A stretch of DNA of 64,000 nucleotides, taken from Amoebidium appalachense. Taxonomy: Eukaryota > Protista > Ichthyosporea. Of the stretch, positions 63,420 through 64,000 are shown in pieces. The notes under the pieces are model-generated. The model worked only from the letters and a program-made list of their open reading frames with translations. It had not been told where the DNA came from and ran no database searches. A program made the translations under genes and the position numbers. Where the stretch lies: NCBI GenBank assembly GCA_963693365.1, contig CAVNZM010000008.1, positions 992,001 to 1,056,000 of the forward strand, in the 5' to 3' direction. Every line of letters begins with the position of its first letter. Position 1 is the first letter of the stretch.

Positions 63420-64000
63420 CTGCCATTGGATACAGGTCACGTGACTGGGGATGCCATTGGCTGGATATCACACGCGCAGGCACGTAAACCAATCAAAAAA
63501 GTACGCAGACCTTTGCACACATACACGTGCAAGGGTAGCTACCATACATACAAGCACACGGGCGCATGTGTGTGTGTGTGTCTACATGCTAACGCACAGT
63601 ACACTCTTGTTGTTGCACAGAAAAGTCCACAGCTTCGCTGTGTGCATGCGCGCGCGCGTGTGTGTGGGGGGGAGGGGGGGGGGGGGGGGGGGGAGGGGGG
63701 AGGGGGGAGGCCTCGAACATCCACACATCCAGATGCATGGACTGCAAAAACTCTGCACAGGCATACGCACACACACAAATCTTCATGGGTATGCAAACAC
63801 ACACAAACACACACGGCACGCACGCACACACAGGCATGCACTTGTGCACAAACACGTTCACACAACAACACCCACACACACCCACACAACACCCACCCAC
63901 ACAAAACCCATACACAAGTATACACAACCAGGCCCACATCCCCCACACACACACATACATAAAGCACCCACACCCACACACAAACTCACACAGACACAAA

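Overview
Intron-rich nuclear DNA of a non-animal eukaryote. The fungal-type ILV2 and the TGA=Trp mitochondrial fragments suggest a unicellular opisthokont, possibly an ichthyosporean (inference). Introns are packed with poly-G/poly-C, (CA)/(GT) and (CT) tracts, so most ORF-track entries are spurious. Spliced genes reconstructed by hand, in order: an unidentified minus-strand gene at the left edge, acetolactate synthase ILV2 (+), a PH-START-DUF1336 EDR2-like protein (+), a DUF1295 membrane protein (-), a CAD-family alcohol dehydrogenase (+) and its tandem pseudogene, an equilibrative nucleoside transporter (-), a VASt-domain membrane protein (+), and the 3' part of a FabF-type ketoacyl-ACP synthase (-). 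The most unusual signals are: a ~2.7 kb array of ~76 bp units with constant/variable blocks, CCAAT boxes and hairpins; an 80-135 nt element found only in introns and always sense to the host gene; a mosaic NUMT (cox1 + group I intron, nad1, rps3); an inverted exon/donor copy flanking two exons; and an EDR2-like protein with a hydrophobic hairpin inside START.
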